This document shows positions 1-11,648 of a stretch of DNA of 64,000 nucleotides, one piece after another. A model generated the notes under the pieces. That model searched no databases and was not told where the DNA came from. It was given only the letters and a program-made list of their open reading frames with translations. Source of the DNA: an uncultured bacterium (lineage in GTDB: Bacteria; Chlamydiota; Chlamydiia; Chlamydiales; SM23-39); the NCBI GenBank assembly GCA_963716985.1, contig OY970323.1, positions 992,001-1,056,000 of the forward strand. Direction: 5' to 3'. Each line of letters begins with the position of its first letter. Position 1 is the stretch's first letter. The position numbers were made by a program, and so were the translations under genes.

Positions 1-1
1 A

Positions 2-1213
2 AAAGCGGCCGATGTCAAAGATGCTTCTTTGACGGCCCCCCCGGGCACTGAGGGCGTGGTCATGGATGTGAAGGTTTTTTCGAGAAGAGATCGCCTTTCG
101 AAGACCGATGACGAGCTGGTGGAAGAAGCAAGCCGCATCAAAGATATTCACAAAGATTATAAGGCCAAAGAGGCGGAGTTGCAGTTGGAGCTGCACGAGC
201 GCTTAGGCGCTCTTCTTCTCGGAGAAGAGCTGCCCTCTCCTTTGATGCATCGAAAAACCGGAGAGATCCTTTTGCCTCAAAACGAGAAAGTGACGCAGGA
301 GATGCTGGAAGACCTCGAATCCTATCCCGTGGAAGATCTCTTGATGCCGAAAGAGGATATCTTTGACGAGATGAAAAACATTCTTCGGGACCATGAAAGG
401 GCGCTTCAGGCGCTGCAAGAAAAACATCAATCGGAAGTGGAATATTTACGCAAAGGAGATATCGAGCTTGATCCGGGAGTGATCCGTCAGGTCAAGGTCT
501 ATATTGCCACAAAGAGAAAACTGCAGGTGGGCGACAAAATGGCAGGTCGCCATGGAAACAAGGGCGTTGTTGCAAAAATTGTTCCTGTTGCCGACATGCC
601 CTATATGGATGATGGACGGACGTTAGAGCTTATCTTGAACCCGCTCGGCGTCCCTTCGCGAATGAATATGGGACAGCTTTTGGAAACTCACTTGGGGATT
701 GCGGCAAAGAAAGCGGGCATCTATATCAAAGCCCCCGTATTTGAAGGCTTTCCCGAGTCCAAAATTTGGGAAATGATGGAGCAGGGGGGCATGCCTTCTA
801 CAGGAAAGTTTGTCCTTTATGACGGAAGAACCGGAGAGCGGTTTGACAACCGCATTGTTGTAGGATACATCTATATGATGAAGTTGAGCCATCTCGTTGC
901 CGATAAGATCCATGCGCGCTCGATTGGTCCCTACTCGCTCGTTACGCAGCAGCCTCTTGGAGGTAAAGCGCAAATGGGAGGACAGAGATTTGGAGAGATG
1001 GAAGTTTGGGCGCTGGAAGCTTACGGTGCGGCTCATCTTTTACAAGAGATGCTCACGGTCAAATCCGACGACGTGGCCGGCCGTACGAATATTTATGAGT
1101 CCATTGTTAAAGGGGCAAATACATTGACAGCAGGAACGCCCGAATCCTTTAACGTGCTGATTAAAGAAATGCAGGGACTTTGTCTCGATATAAGAACTGA
1201 GTTTGTTGAATAG
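2..1213 (+). CDS. rpoB: DNA-directed RNA polymerase beta subunit (C-terminal part; 5' end outside window)
   Basis: Motifs [42 protein letters not shown]; immediately upstream of rpoC. Confidence 0.99.
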   Translation, partial: KAADVKDASLTAPPGTEGVVMDVKVFSRRDRLSKTDDELVEEASRIKDIHKDYKAKEAELQLELHERLGALLLGEELPSPLMHRKTGEILLPQNEKVTQEMLEDLESYPVEDLLMPKEDIFDEMKNILRDHERALQALQEKHQSEVEYLRKGDIELDPGVIRQVKVYIATKRKLQVGDKMAGRHGNKGVVAKIVPVADMPYMDDGRTLELILNPLGVPSRMNMGQLLETHLGIAAKKAGIYIKAPVFEGFPESKIWEMMEQGGMPSTGKFVLYDGRTGERFDNRIVVGYIYMMKLSHLVADKIHARSIGPYSLVTQQPLGGKAQMGGQRFGEMEVWALEAYGAAHLLQEMLTVKSDDVAGRTNIYESIVKGANTLTAGTPESFNVLIKEMQGLCLDIRTEFVE

Positions 1214-1236
1214 TCAAGAATTTTGGGGAGATATTC

Positions 1237-4200
1237 ATGCAAGAAGAAGGGGAATACAAAGGTTCTCAATTTGATAAACTCACGATTAAAATTGCTTCCG
1301 ATGAAGTGATCCGCGGCGACTGGTCGCGTGGGGAGATCAAGAAGCCGGAAACGATCAACTATCGAACGTTTAAGCCGGAGAAGGGCGGCCTTTTTTGCGA
1401 AAAGATTTTCGGCCCTACTCGCGATTGGGAATGTGCTTGCGGAAAATATAAGAAAATCAAGCACAAGGGAATCGTTTGCGATCGCTGCGGTGTTGAGGTC
1501 ACTCTTTCTAAAGTGCGCAGGGTACGCATGGCGCATATCGAGCTTGCCGTTCCTGTTGTACATATCTGGTATTTCAAAACCATGCCTTCCCGCATCGGGA
1601 ATATTTTGGGCCTTTCGACCAATGAATTGGAACGCGTTATCTACTATGAAGAATATATCGTTACCGACCCCGGAAAAACGGAGCTGCTGCGCAAACAACT
1701 TTTGAATGATAACGAATATCGAGAAGCAATCGAAAAGTGGGGTACGGGTTCTTTTGAAGCGAAAATGGGCGGCGATGCCATTCAGGATTTGCTGAAAAAA
1801 GAAGATCTGGCCGGCCTCGTTGTCGAACTCAAGGAAAAGCTTAGGAAGACTAAATCGATGCAAGCGCGTATGAAGCTTGCCAAGCGTTTAAAAATTGTCG
1901 AAAGCTTAGCATCCTCTCCCAATCGTCCTGAGTGGATGGTCCTCTCCTGCGTTCCCGTGATTCCGCCCGATTTGCGTCCTTTAGTTCCTTTGGATGGAGG
2001 CCGTTTTGCCACATCGGATTTGAACGACTTATATCGTCGCGTCATCAATCGCAACAATCGTCTCAAGTCGATTCTCAAACTCAAGACGCCTGATGTGATC
2101 ATCCGCAATGAAAAACGAATGCTCCAGGAAGCTGTCGACGCGCTCTTCGATAATGGACGCCATGGCCATCCTGTCATGGGAGCCGGCAACCGCCCTCTAA
2201 AATCTCTGGCTGAAATGTTAAAGGGAAAACAGGGACGGTTCCGTCAGAACCTTCTTGGAAAGCGCGTGGATTATTCGGGACGTTCGGTCATTGTTGTAGG
2301 ACCTGAGCTCAAATTCAATCAATGCGGAATCCCTAAGCAGATGGCATTGGAGCTTTTTGAGCCTTTTATCGTCAAGCGATTGAAAGACCTTGGCTATGTC
2401 TACACCATCCGTTCAGCAAAGAAGATGATTCAAAAGCAGACTCCCGAGGTTTGGGACGTTCTGGAAGAGATCATCAAAGGCCATCCTGTTCTTCTCAACC
2501 GCGCGCCCACTCTTCATCGACTGGGAATTCAAGCATTTGAACCCGTGCTCATCGAAGGAAAAGCCCTTCGGATCCATCCGCTCGTCACCACTGCGTTCAA
2601 CGCGGACTTTGACGGGGACCAGATGGCCGTTCATATTCCCCTGTCCATCGAAGCACAGCTGGAAGCAAAACTGTTGATGATGGCTCCCGACAATATCTTC
2701 CTGCCATCGTCCGGCAAGCCGGTTGCTGTGCCCACGCAGGATATGATTTTAGGACTCTATTACTTGATGCATGATCCTACCTATCTGCCTGAAAAAGAGG
2801 GGAAGAAGACCAAAATATTCTCATGTCCAGAAGAGGTTCTCCTCGCGCTGGGAAGCGGCAACTCTTTCCATTGGAAACCCGTAGAAAAAGAAGTCACCAC
2901 GAGAAAAGATGATTTTGGCCGCGGGCTTTTTCTTCATGAGAAGATCAAAGTACAAATTGATAGCGGCATTATTGAAACGACGCCGGGCCGCGTGGTCTTT
3001 AATACGATTGTTCCTAAAGAATTGGGCTTTCAAAACTATGCGCTCCGAAAGAAAAAACTTTCCGAGCTTGTTTTGGAATGCTACAAAAAAGTGGGCCTTG
3101 AAGCCACGGTTTGCTTTCTCGATAACATGAAAGCGCTGGGATTTAAGGAAGCGACAAAAGCGGCCCTTTCCATGGGCATGCAAGACGTTCGCGTTCCTGA
3201 GAAGAAGGCGCGTGTTTTGGACGCGGCTGCCAAACGTGTGGCCAAGGTCAAGCAGCAGTATGAAGACGGCGTGATCACCGATGGGGAGAGACACTCGAAA
3301 ATCATTAGCATCTGGACCGAAGTATCGGATCTGCTTTCAGAAGAGCTATTCAAGCTCTTGGGAGAGGTGCGCGACTACTCTTTGAATCCTCTCTATCTAA
3401 TGATGGATTCCGGTGCTAGAGGAAACAAGTCGCAGGTGAAGCAGCTCGGGGCCCTGCGTGGTTTGATGGCGAAGCCTTCGGGAGAGATTATCGAATCACC
3501 CATCACCGCCAATTTCCGCGAAGGTCTTTCCGTCGTTGAATACTTCATTTCTACGCACGGAGCAAGAAAGGGATTGGCCGATACGGCTCTCAAGACTGCC
3601 GACTCCGGCTACTTGACCCGCCGGCTTGTCGACGTGGCGCAAGATCTCATCATCACGGAAATCGATTGCGGCACCCTGAATGGCATTGAAGTGATGGCAA
3701 TCAAACAGGGACAAGAAGAGTTGATCGCATTGAAGGACCGCATCTATGGCCGTACGGTTTGCGACGATATTTGCCAGCCGGGCGATAGCACCAAGATTTT
3801 GGCCCATGCAGGCGATATCCTGACCGTCAAACAGGCGGAAATGATCGATGATGCGGGTATTGAAGTGGTACGCCTACGCTCCTCTCTTACTTGCGAATGC
3901 CATCGCGGCCTGTGTGCCAAATGCTATGGTATGAACCTGGCGACGGGAAACCTCGTCGGATTTGGGGAAGCGATCGGAATCATTGCCGCCCAGTCGATTG
4001 GGGAACCCGGAACGCAGCTGACGATGAGGACCTTCCACATCGGAGGTATTGCTTCTGCCGGACTATCGCCTCAGTTGATTGCGGAGAAAGACGGGATTCT
4101 TATTTACAAGGATCTCCGAGTGGTTCAGAACGAAGAAGGACATTTCCTTGTATTGAACAAGAATGGCACTTTGAATCTCGTCCGCGACGAGGGACGTACG

Positions 4201-5445
4201 TTAGAAGAATATAAGAAACTGCTGGGCACCAAGTCGATTGAGCCGTTGCAGATTTTCAATCTGGAGCTGGGCACGAAAATTCTCTTCAAAGAGGGAGAAA
4301 AAATCGCCAAAGGCACAAAGATTGCCGAATGGGAGCAGCATAGCAGCCCGATTATTTGCGAACGTCCGGGATATGTCAAATATGAGGATCTCGTCGAAGG
4401 CATTTCGATGCAAAAAGAGCTCAATAAGCAAACGGGACAGGTCGAATATATCGTCAAGCAGCATCGAGGAGAGCTCCATCCCCAAATTTCGATTTATACC
4501 GATGCCGAATACAATGAGCTCGTTGGTACTTATGCCATTCCGTCGGGAGCGGTGATTACCGTTCGCGAAGGGCAAAAAGTGGCTGCCGGTATCATTCTTG
4601 CCAAACTGCCACGAGGTTCGATCAAAACGAAGGACATCACGGGCGGTCTTCCTCGTGTGGCCGAACTTTGTGAAGCAAGACGGCCCAAGGATGCAGCTGA
4701 AATTGCCAAGATCGATGGAGTTGTCGACTTCAAAGGCGTACAGAAAAACAAGCGCATTGTTGTGGTCCGCAACGAGATTAGCGGTATGGAAGAGGAGCAT
4801 CTCATTCCTCTGACAAAACACCTGATCGTCCAAAAGGGAGATGTGGTCGTGAAGGGACAGCAGCTGACCGATGGTCTTGTCGTTCCTCAAGAAATTTTAG
4901 AGATCTGCGGCGTGCGCGAGCTTCAAAAATACCTTGTCAACCAGGTGCAAGAGGTCTATCGGCTTCAGGGGGTTGAAATCAACGATAAGCATATCGAAAT
5001 CATCGTTCGTCAAATGCTCCAAAAAGTGCGGGTGATCGACCCCGGCGATACCACATTCCTCTATGGAGAAGACGTGGACAAAAGAACATTCCATCGCAAG
5101 AACAAGAAGACGATCGAAGAGGGTGGAAAGCCTGCGCAGGCGATGCCTGTTCTCTTAGGCATTACCAAAGCATCGCTATCGACCGAATCCTTTATCTCAG
5201 CCGCATCTTTCCAAGAGATGACGCGCGTCCTGACCGACGCATCCGTTGAAGGAAAGACCGACAATCTTCTTGATTTCAAGGCCAATTTGATTATGGGGCA
5301 CATGATTCCCGGAGGCACCGGCTTTGAATATCATAAGAAGTCGAAGAAATTCGTCGATCAGGAGAAGGTAGAAAAACTGGAATTTCTTTTTGAGGATGAG
5401 CCCAGATCTGCGATAGATGAGGCGAGACCCGTACTTCCGCTCTGA
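1237..5445 (+). CDS. rpoC: DNA-directed RNA polymerase beta' subunit
   Basis: KPETINYRT, Zn finger CACGKY..CDRCG, catalytic [32 protein letters not shown]. Confidence 0.99.
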   Translation: MQEEGEYKGSQFDKLTIKIASDEVIRGDWSRGEIKKPETINYRTFKPEKGGLFCEKIFGPTRDWECACGKYKKIKHKGIVCDRCGVEVTLSKVRRVRMAHIELAVPVVHIWYFKTMPSRIGNILGLSTNELERVIYYEEYIVTDPGKTELLRKQLLNDNEYREAIEKWGTGSFEAKMGGDAIQDLLKKEDLAGLVVELKEKLRKTKSMQARMKLAKRLKIVESLASSPNRPEWMVLSCVPVIPPDLRPLVPLDGGRFATSDLNDLYRRVINRNNRLKSILKLKTPDVIIRNEKRMLQEAVDALFDNGRHGHPVMGAGNRPLKSLAEMLKGKQGRFRQNLLGKRVDYSGRSVIVVGPELKFNQCGIPKQMALELFEPFIVKRLKDLGYVYTIRSAKKMIQKQTPEVWDVLEEIIKGHPVLLNRAPTLHRLGIQAFEPVLIEGKALRIHPLVTTAFNADFDGDQMAVHIPLSIEAQLEAKLLMMAPDNIFLPSSGKPVAVPTQDMILGLYYLMHDPTYLPEKEGKKTKIFSCPEEVLLALGSGNSFHWKPVEKEVTTRKDDFGRGLFLHEKIKVQIDSGIIETTPGRVVFNTIVPKELGFQNYALRKKKLSELVLECYKKVGLEATVCFLDNMKALGFKEATKAALSMGMQDVRVPEKKARVLDAAAKRVAKVKQQYEDGVITDGERHSKIISIWTEVSDLLSEELFKLLGEVRDYSLNPLYLMMDSGARGNKSQVKQLGALRGLMAKPSGEIIESPITANFREGLSVVEYFISTHGARKGLADTALKTADSGYLTRRLVDVAQDLIITEIDCGTLNGIEVMAIKQGQEELIALKDRIYGRTVCDDICQPGDSTKILAHAGDILTVKQAEMIDDAGIEVVRLRSSLTCECHRGLCAKCYGMNLATGNLVGFGEAIGIIAAQSIGEPGTQLTMRTFHIGGIASAGLSPQLIAEKDGILIYKDLRVVQNEEGHFLVLNKNGTLNLVRDEGRTLEEYKKLLGTKSIEPLQIFNLELGTKILFKEGEKIAKGTKIAEWEQHSSPIICERPGYVKYEDLVEGISMQKELNKQTGQVEYIVKQHRGELHPQISIYTDAEYNELVGTYAIPSGAVITVREGQKVAAGIILAKLPRGSIKTKDITGGLPRVAELCEARRPKDAAEIAKIDGVVDFKGVQKNKRIVVVRNEISGMEEEHLIPLTKHLIVQKGDVVVKGQQLTDGLVVPQEILEICGVRELQKYLVNQVQEVYRLQGVEINDKHIEIIVRQMLQKVRVIDPGDTTFLYGEDVDKRTFHRKNKKTIEEGGKPAQAMPVLLGITKASLSTESFISAASFQEMTRVLTDASVEGKTDNLLDFKANLIMGHMIPGGTGFEYHKKSKKFVDQEKVEKLEFLFEDEPRSAIDEARPVLPL

Positions 5446-5465
5446 GAATTTTCTCTTCATGAAAA

Positions 5466-5504
5466 CTGCTAGGAGGGGCTTAACTTTCCTAGCAGCGGCT
5501 TTTT
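5466..5504 (+). terminator. Rho-independent terminator after rpoC
   Basis: Inverted repeat CTGCTAGGA...TCCTAGCAG followed shortly by TTTTT. Confidence 0.7.
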
Positions 5505-5691
5505 CAGGCTGTGATTGTGATTACCAAAATAAATAGGAAAAATCTCTCTTGATCGGGCCTGCGTACTTGAGCGGGTCGGGTAGTTCATAGAAGCTGTATT
5601 CGCGCCGCAGACATCTCATGGCGGCTTTGCCTCCTTCGGATTCTTCAAATCTTTTTTGCGTCTCTGGAAACGTTAGGATGATTAAAACTCT

Positions 5692-6366
5692 TCAGAAATT
5701 TTCTTGGACCCACTTGTAAATGCGAATAAATTGTTCCCTTTCTTCCTTTTCAGGGACTAATGAACGAATCTTTCTTCTCAAGTTTTGAAGCATTCTATTT
5801 TTGTCTATGGACTGACCTGCCAATAGCTGCACTATGACAGTGACATTAATAGGAAAACGAGGAGAGGAGGAAATGCACAGATCAACGAGTGCAACTCTTT
5901 TTTCTATCGAAATAGGGGTTACCGGCAAAAGGAGTACTAACAAAAAAGAAAAACCATGTGTTGCAGCAGTTTCCACAGCTGTGATTAGCGAGTCTTTAGC
6001 AATATCAAATTCTAGTAGTTTTTTAACCATGTCGGGATGATAGTGCTCAACCGCCTTCCAGAGGGCCCTTTGAACAACATCTGACCGGGGAGAATAGTTT
6101 TCGATCAATATCTTAAAACATGCGCTCAGTTTATTATCTACGTCCGCATCATAGGTCTCTGTCAGATATTCTGCCAAAAGCAAAAGTGCCTGATCTCGAT
6201 CCCGAATGGGAAGATTTCTTCGGATGAGTATTTTCTCGAGCCGAGCGGGGGCTGTCTTTTGGTTCCCGAGAAAAATAACGCGCATAATCTTGTCAGATGT
6301 TATTTCTCGAGGAGGTGCAACTGGCTTGCTCTTTCTAACAGTAGTAGTAACGGCATTGGTAGTCAT
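5692..6366 (-). CDS. Hypothetical protein with degenerate ankyrin-like repeats, Thr-rich N-terminus (effector-like)
   Basis: 224 aa; ALWKAVEHYHPDMVKKLL and AVETAATHGFSFLLVLLL resemble ankyrin repeats; GGAG RBS upstream. Confidence 0.55.
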   Translation of the reverse strand: MTTNAVTTTVRKSKPVAPPREITSDKIMRVIFLGNQKTAPARLEKILIRRNLPIRDRDQALLLLAEYLTETYDADVDNKLSACFKILIENYSPRSDVVQRALWKAVEHYHPDMVKKLLEFDIAKDSLITAVETAATHGFSFLLVLLLPVTPISIEKRVALVDLCISSSPRFPINVTVIVQLLAGQSIDKNRMLQNLRRKIRSLVPEKEEREQFIRIYKWVQENF

Positions 6367-6663
6367 TATTATGATCTCCTAATTAAATTTGAACGCAAAA
6401 ATTGTGAACTTTTCCTCGATTTTTCCCCATAAAATTTTTAAAAGTTTGAAAAAGAAAATGGAGCAAAGAGAGCCTTCATCCTTTTCTGAAACTTTGATAT
6501 CCTAAGGAAGAAAAGAAGGGAGGATGTTGCAGAGGGCTTTTTTGAAAAATCTTCTTCAAAAAAGAGGTGCATGCTGGTGGAGCATTTGAGGTGATAGGAA
6601 AGGTTTCAAAATGTTTTCGCATTTTTCCGACGATTCTTTTGAAAGGTTGTAAAAGAAAAACCT

Positions 6664-7611
6664 TTAAAGCTTTGACTGAAGCAAGCTTTCCAGCAGGATC
6701 ATGTCTTTGTTAAAGTTTTGGATTCCCTCGTGCAGCTTCTCTTTTGCCATTGCATCCTGTTCGATCGAGCGCAAGAATTTTTCCTTGTCCAGAGTGATTT
6801 TTTCGATAGTCAGTTCCTGGCTGATCTTGGGATCGAGCTTTCGCAAAACCTTTTCTTTGGATCCTTGCAGCTCTTTTAAGAATTTGGGAGCGATGGTAAG
6901 CAGATCGCATCCTGCAAGTTCTAATATTTCTTCTTTGTTGCGGAAGCTAGCTCCCATGATCTGGGTCTTGTAGCCAAACTTCTTATAATAATGGTAGATA
7001 GTAGTGACGGAGAGCACGCCGGGATCTAGATGGGGGGGATAGGAATCTTTTCCCTCTTTTTTCTTATACCAGTCCAAGATCCTTCCGACAAAAGGAGAAA
7101 TCAGGGTTGCCTTTGCCTCTGCGGCAGCCACTGCTTGAGGAAGAGAGAAAAGAAGGGTCATGTTGCAATGAATTTTTTTCTTTTCGAGCTCCTTTGCGGC
7201 TATGATGCTATCCCAGGTTGATGCAAGTTTGATCAGAATCCTTTCTCGGTCGATGCCCTCCTTTTCGAAAAGAGCAATCAGATACTCTGCTTTTTCCTGG
7301 CTTTTTTTTGCATCAAAGGAGAGACGAGAGTCCACTTCAATGGAGACCCTTCCCGGGATGATATCCAGTATCTCTCTTCCGAAGTTGATGAATACTCGAT
7401 CAAGAGCGGCAGTGAGGGCATTGGGGCTTTTTTTTCCATAGTAGATGGCTTCGTCGATGAGAGAGGCATATTCTTGTTGTCCAGCTGCGCTTTGAATGAG
7501 CGAGGGGTTGGTGGTGGCGTCTTGGGGGGTGAATGTGCTGATGGAGGCAAAATCGCCGCTATCGGCAACAACCGTTGTAAATTCTTTGAGCGCTTCTAGC
7601 TGGTTTTTCAT
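6664..7611 (-). CDS. tal: Transaldolase
   Basis: TTVVADSGD, DATTNPSLI, GRVSIEVD, LIKLASTW, ISPFVGRILDW motifs. Confidence 0.97.
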   Translation of the reverse strand: MKNQLEALKEFTTVVADSGDFASISTFTPQDATTNPSLIQSAAGQQEYASLIDEAIYYGKKSPNALTAALDRVFINFGREILDIIPGRVSIEVDSRLSFDAKKSQEKAEYLIALFEKEGIDRERILIKLASTWDSIIAAKELEKKKIHCNMTLLFSLPQAVAAAEAKATLISPFVGRILDWYKKKEGKDSYPPHLDPGVLSVTTIYHYYKKFGYKTQIMGASFRNKEEILELAGCDLLTIAPKFLKELQGSKEKVLRKLDPKISQELTIEKITLDKEKFLRSIEQDAMAKEKLHEGIQNFNKDMILLESLLQSKL

Positions 7612-7618
7612 GAAGATC

Positions 7619-8119
7619 CTATAAGTGGCGAAAATGGGAAGAGAGGTCCCAAGAGTTTTTTTTGTTGCGAAGTTTTGTGAAATTTTTTGAAAAAGATTCT
7701 GGGGAAATGAGCGTTTTATATCCGCCGATTTCCATTTCGATCATATGCCCGTTTTGCAGCGCTTGGATGAGAAGATCGGTGGTCTCTCTGTTTAAGCCAA
7801 GACGCTGATCTCCCTCATAAAGAGCCGCAGTCTTTTCATAGGTTTGATGATTGATCCGAAGAGTGATGGCGGCGTTTGTCCCGGAAGAGGAGTTGATTCT
7901 GGTTTCAGAAAAGGTGACAAAGCAAGCCATTTCCCCGCGAAGAGGAAGAATTTCCAGAATGATTTTTGGGAAGGCATTCGAACGGAAGCTAAGTCTTGAA
8001 TAGGGGGAGGATCCGATCGATTCCAGCTCCCAAGCTTTTTGCGACTCCGAACAGCTGCCCAAAAGAAAAAAAAGAGGGCAAATCCACCAGATACGTTTAA
8101 TTATTATGATGCGGAGCAT
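7619..8119 (-). CDS. Hypothetical (lipo)protein
   Basis: 166-aa ORF with lipobox-like LLGSC; co-oriented with tal; start uncertain. Confidence 0.65.
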   Translation of the reverse strand: MLRIIIIKRIWWICPLFFLLGSCSESQKAWELESIGSSPYSRLSFRSNAFPKIILEILPLRGEMACFVTFSETRINSSSGTNAAITLRINHQTYEKTAALYEGDQRLGLNRETTDLLIQALQNGHMIEMEIGGYKTLISPESFSKNFTKLRNKKNSWDLSSHFRHL

Positions 8120-8384
8120 GTCCCGAGTCTCTCAAAAGAAGCAGTGCGGCAATAGCAATGGCTACGCTTGTTCCGGCAAACAGCCAGTTTTGCCAATCTC
8201 TTCTTTTTGCTGCCCTCACTCCTTCGTTGGATGCTTTTCCCACCTCTTTGGGCGCGGCTTTTACTTCTTTTGGTTCAGAAGGTGTTTGTACGAGCTCTGT
8301 TGCTTGCTCGGGCTCGGTGGCGGCGAGAGTAGAAGAAGTAGAGAGAAAAGCGAGCAGAACCAAAAGAGAGAAAAACTTTTTCAT
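8097..8384 (-). CDS. Small membrane protein (signal peptide, C-terminal TM helix, His-rich tail)
   Basis: MKKFFSLLVLLAFL signal peptide after GAGGAG RBS; WLFAGTSVAIAIAALLLL TM helix; GHAPHHNN tail. Confidence 0.7.
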   Translation of the reverse strand: MKKFFSLLVLLAFLSTSSTLAATEPEQATELVQTPSEPKEVKAAPKEVGKASNEGVRAAKRRDWQNWLFAGTSVAIAIAALLLLRDSGHAPHHNN

Positions 8385-8727
8385 AATAGCTCCTCGAAAG
8401 GCTAAGAATTTTTTCAGCAAAAAATTATCCTATAACAATCCATGGTTTTGGACAATCTTTGGTTTTTATAGGCGTGTCATTAAAAGTATTCGGTGGTCCA
8501 ATTTCTTTTCCTCTTCACCTACCTGATTCCAAGCATTTTGTGCTTTTTCCTCTTGAGAAATTTCTTTTGCGGCTACATAATGTCCTTGTTCATTTATTGC
8601 ATGCATTGATAATTAAAATCTTAAAAAACGAATATGATTAAAAAAAATGGTATAAAAAATACTTTAATTATTGATATTTATAATCTTTTTTTATATAATA
8701 AAAAATTCTATAATAAGGAGGTTTGTA

Positions 8728-9738
8728 ATGTCGGTCGAACTGAGCGGCTCTTGCTTGAGTCGAAAAATTTTTGACACAAGAATGCCGCCTGCCGGGGAGC
8801 AATGGCGTCTTTTTATCGACTTAAGGCGGCAGCAGAAAAATGACCCCTATGTTTTTGACCATAAAAACGAAGGAGATATCAGTCCGCCGGAACGAGGATA
8901 TTTCCAAGCGATGAGCCGTGTTTTCGGGAGAATGAGAGAGGAGTTGGGAAAACGTTATGATGTACAGAATTTTATTGACTTGCATGATCGATGTGTGGAT
9001 AGAGTTTTCCGTGGCGAAGATGAGGAGGAATCTCCTTTAGTGAAAGGAGCCGTTAATTGTGCTTATTACAGAATGATATACGCAATTACCGAAAGCGCGA
9101 GAAGAGAATGGAAAGAAGAACAGTTGATGGGCGATTTTTCCGACCCCGAAACGCAGCAACGATATGATAAACATCAATCTTCCCCCCCTTATGTATGTTT
9201 TTTTACAAATGGTCAGTTCGTCCAAAAACCATTCTGGTGGAGCCAACGTATCTCAACCGATGAGCTTGAGGAACACGCAGACGAAAAACTAACGCAATAT
9301 TACCGGGAAATTTCTAGAGCGACCACTGCTGATGAAAAGCTATCTGCCATTGTTCGCGTTTGCCGGGCACTTGAAGTCACTCATATTTTTTCGGATGGCA
9401 ATCAAAGAACAATCGCATTTGCATTGCTCACAAAGCTTTTGTTGGAAAATGGATTTTCTCCAGCTATTTTAAATGACCCTTATATGTTTGATGGTTATTT
9501 GGGGATAAAAGAAATGGTTGCTGAAGTCAAAAGGGGTTTTGCAAATTTTTATAGAATTTTTCCAGGGATTCCTCATCCGCAAGTGGAAGTGCAAACGCTC
9601 TGTTATCCAAGAGAGGCTTTCCGTCCTCCTGTTTTTTGTGCGCGGCGTTTTGTGAAGTCTGCTTGTTCATATCTCCTATGGTTCGTTGCCGGATGCGCCT
9701 TGGCGGCGGGAGGGGAGTTGTTGTTACATGCATCGTGA
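8728..9738 (+). CDS. Fic-domain protein with C-terminal hydrophobic anchor
   Basis: Fic motif HIFSDGNQRT (HxFxDGNxR) followed by LLTKLLLENG...ILNDP; AAGGAGG RBS before ATG 8728. Confidence 0.85.
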   Translation: MSVELSGSCLSRKIFDTRMPPAGEQWRLFIDLRRQQKNDPYVFDHKNEGDISPPERGYFQAMSRVFGRMREELGKRYDVQNFIDLHDRCVDRVFRGEDEEESPLVKGAVNCAYYRMIYAITESARREWKEEQLMGDFSDPETQQRYDKHQSSPPYVCFFTNGQFVQKPFWWSQRISTDELEEHADEKLTQYYREISRATTADEKLSAIVRVCRALEVTHIFSDGNQRTIAFALLTKLLLENGFSPAILNDPYMFDGYLGIKEMVAEVKRGFANFYRIFPGIPHPQVEVQTLCYPREAFRPPVFCARRFVKSACSYLLWFVAGCALAAGGELLLHAS

Positions 9739-9832
9739 GCCCACACGTTAAGCTAAGAGAGCGTCTTTAGAGAAGAGAGATGGAGGAACCTCATCGCCGA
9801 GAGGGCCTTTTATTGCACCATCGAGGAGTATT

Positions 9833-10552
9833 TCACTGTTGTTTTTTTGTTTCAAAAGAGATCTCTTCATGGGTTTTTTTCAGCATGAGTATTTGCCAAT
9901 AAGCCCCTTGTTCCTTGAAGGCTTGGGCAATGAAATGGTCAAAGCTTTCTCGCGCTTTCTTTTGTTCCTTTTTTGCGCATTTTTTCAACCCTTGTACCTT
10001 CTCCTCCAATAGAATTTTTTCCTCTTTTGAGAGAGGCGAGATGAGATCCTCCACCACACACAAAGAGTGAAAACTTTTGAGAAGATCAGAGTAAAAAGAT
10101 ACCGATTCCTCTTTGAGCAGCGCTCCCGTTAAGACATAGGCTTTTTTTTGGTAGAGGCAGATAAATTGTAGGATGCGCACCTCGCCGTAGGGGGTTTTGG
10201 AGGTGAGCTCGAGCAGGTGCGAGGGCCCCATCTTGCAGGAAGAGCTTCCCAGATCTCTGATTTGCAAAAGAGGGTCTGTTTGATGGAGTTTTTTCACCGC
10301 CTGCACGTACTCTTTAAGCGAAAGGTCCACTTCTTCGGAGGCAAGATTGAGGGAGGGGCGGAAATAGGGATTTTTTCCGGACCCGAGAAAGCCGATGCAA
10401 ACCGAACTGGAGAGATCTTTTGAAGGGGCGGCGCATTCCCATTTGGGAGGCGGAGAAAAAAGAGCGATCTCTTCCGAAAAAAGAAGGGCCGATAAAAGGG
10501 TGAAAGAGAAACAAAGAAAGCGTGTAGACAAAAGCCTTTTAATCGTCGTCAT
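9833..10552 (-). CDS. Conserved chlamydial hypothetical exported protein
   Basis: ORF with N-terminal hydrophobic segment; lies between tal and the V-ATPase operon; start uncertain. Confidence 0.65.
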   Translation of the reverse strand: MTTIKRLLSTRFLCFSFTLLSALLFSEEIALFSPPPKWECAAPSKDLSSSVCIGFLGSGKNPYFRPSLNLASEEVDLSLKEYVQAVKKLHQTDPLLQIRDLGSSSCKMGPSHLLELTSKTPYGEVRILQFICLYQKKAYVLTGALLKEESVSFYSDLLKSFHSLCVVEDLISPLSKEEKILLEEKVQGLKKCAKKEQKKARESFDHFIAQAFKEQGAYWQILMLKKTHEEISFETKKQQ

Positions 10553-10778
10553 CGCTGTCATGCGCATGGGCTCCGGTGCTAAATTCCAACAGAGCGCAGA
10601 GAAGCCCAATTCCAACAGCTAGGCCAAGGCCCCAGGAGGCCATGGAGAAGGCAAGAGAGTCATAAACACTGCTGTGGGCTGCATGGCCTTTGAGAGGCCT
10701 GTGCGAGGGTTCTTGTGCCCATAACGGGCCTTTCAAACACAAAAGCAGAGCAATTAGCAAAAAAAGACTTTTTTTCAT
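10539..10778 (-). CDS. Small membrane protein (signal peptide, TM helix, His/Asp tail)
   Basis: MKKSLFLLIALLLC signal peptide; WGLGLAVGIGLLCALL TM helix; same layout as 8097..8384. Confidence 0.6.
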   Translation of the reverse strand: MKKSLFLLIALLLCLKGPLWAQEPSHRPLKGHAAHSSVYDSLAFSMASWGLGLAVGIGLLCALLEFSTGAHAHDSDDDD

Positions 10779-11263
10779 CGGATTGACAGCGTGGAAACCC
10801 ATTCCTTTAAAGATGGGAGGAACCGCCGCTCCTTTTGTTTTTAAGTTATCAAAACGGGGGAGTTCTTCCCCATCGCAGTTACCTGCACTCACAGATAAAC
10901 TGCAGGCCTGATCGCTCACGCCTCTTCCTTATCTGGAAGGAGTAGTTGACAATTCACTGCTTGCGCAACTAATTTTCATGGTACACATTAGAAGTTTTTA
11001 TGGAAAGAGGCTATTTTCAGGTCCAAAACCGGTGCAAGAATATCACCGTCGCTTTTGGCGCAAGGAAAAGGGACCTCGTTTGATAAACGGAATTATTTTT
11101 TCAGAATATCTCTTATTTGTTAGACGATTTAGGGCGTTAAATTAAAATTTTTGGTTTCTTTAAGCATTTTTTTAAATCATTTGTAATTCTTTGGCGATAA
11201 GAGACTTGCGCAACTTTGAGAAAAATTTTGCGAAAAAAAAGATGTGTTTTGAAAAGACATGTG

Positions 11264-11272
11264 TGTTATAAA
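11264..11272 (+). promoter_or_regulatory. Putative extended -10 promoter of the V-ATPase operon
   Basis: TGTTATAAA (TGn+TATAAA) about 25 nt upstream of the orphaned RBS AAGGTG and the element junction. Confidence 0.4.
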
Positions 11273-11297
11273 AGCCGTGACGATCTCAAGGTGAAAT

Positions 11298-11555
11298 GTC
11301 ACCACCCCTCCCTGAAGGGAGAGGCCTGAGAGATCAAGCCTGAAGTTGACCAGCCTTAAGTCTTAAGGCAACTTGGGACTATGTTAGGAGCGAATATAAA
11401 TAGGTACCTTGGAATGCCGCCTCAGTTCTAAGCTTTGCGGTTAGCAGTTAAACCAAGCGTATGGGTTAAACCAGTACTGTTAACATGGTAAACCGCTCCA
11501 TAACTTTGGCGAGGGGAACGTTACCCGGGAAACCGGAGATTGCAGGTAACTGCTA
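11298..11555 (+). ncRNA. HEARO / omega-RNA scaffold
   Basis: Hallmark blocks GTTGACCAGCCTTAAG, GACTATGTT, ATAGGTACCTTGGAATGCCGCCTCAGTTC, GTTAAAC, AAACC..CATAACTTTGGCGAGGGGAACGTTACC; 3' boundary approximate. Confidence 0.8.
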
Positions 11556-11648
11556 GGGGGGAGCAATTCCCCGCTTTTAAGTTTAACAATGAAGGAGCAG
11601 CACCTCCTCCCACCCCTAAAGGGATGGGTTTCCGTGCTGTCAAATAAG
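11298..11648 (+). mobile_element. Non-autonomous IS200/IS605 (IscB-type) element carrying only a HEARO/omega-RNA
   Basis: Starts GTCACCACCCCTCCCTGAAGGGAG (end hairpin); second end hairpin CCCACCCCTAAAGGGATGGG at about 11609-11628; flanked 3' by ATGAA; no IscB or TnpA ORF. Confidence 0.8.

Noticed and set aside
203..5460. Numerous antisense and alternate-frame ORFs within rpoB/rpoC (likewise in the ATPase operon)
   Set aside because: Shadow ORFs of conserved genes with no independent evidence
5521..5694. Frame stays open about 56 codons past the TGA of 5692..6366 (possible readthrough or premature stop)
   Set aside because: Length is attainable by chance; no recognisable domain or SECIS-like hairpin
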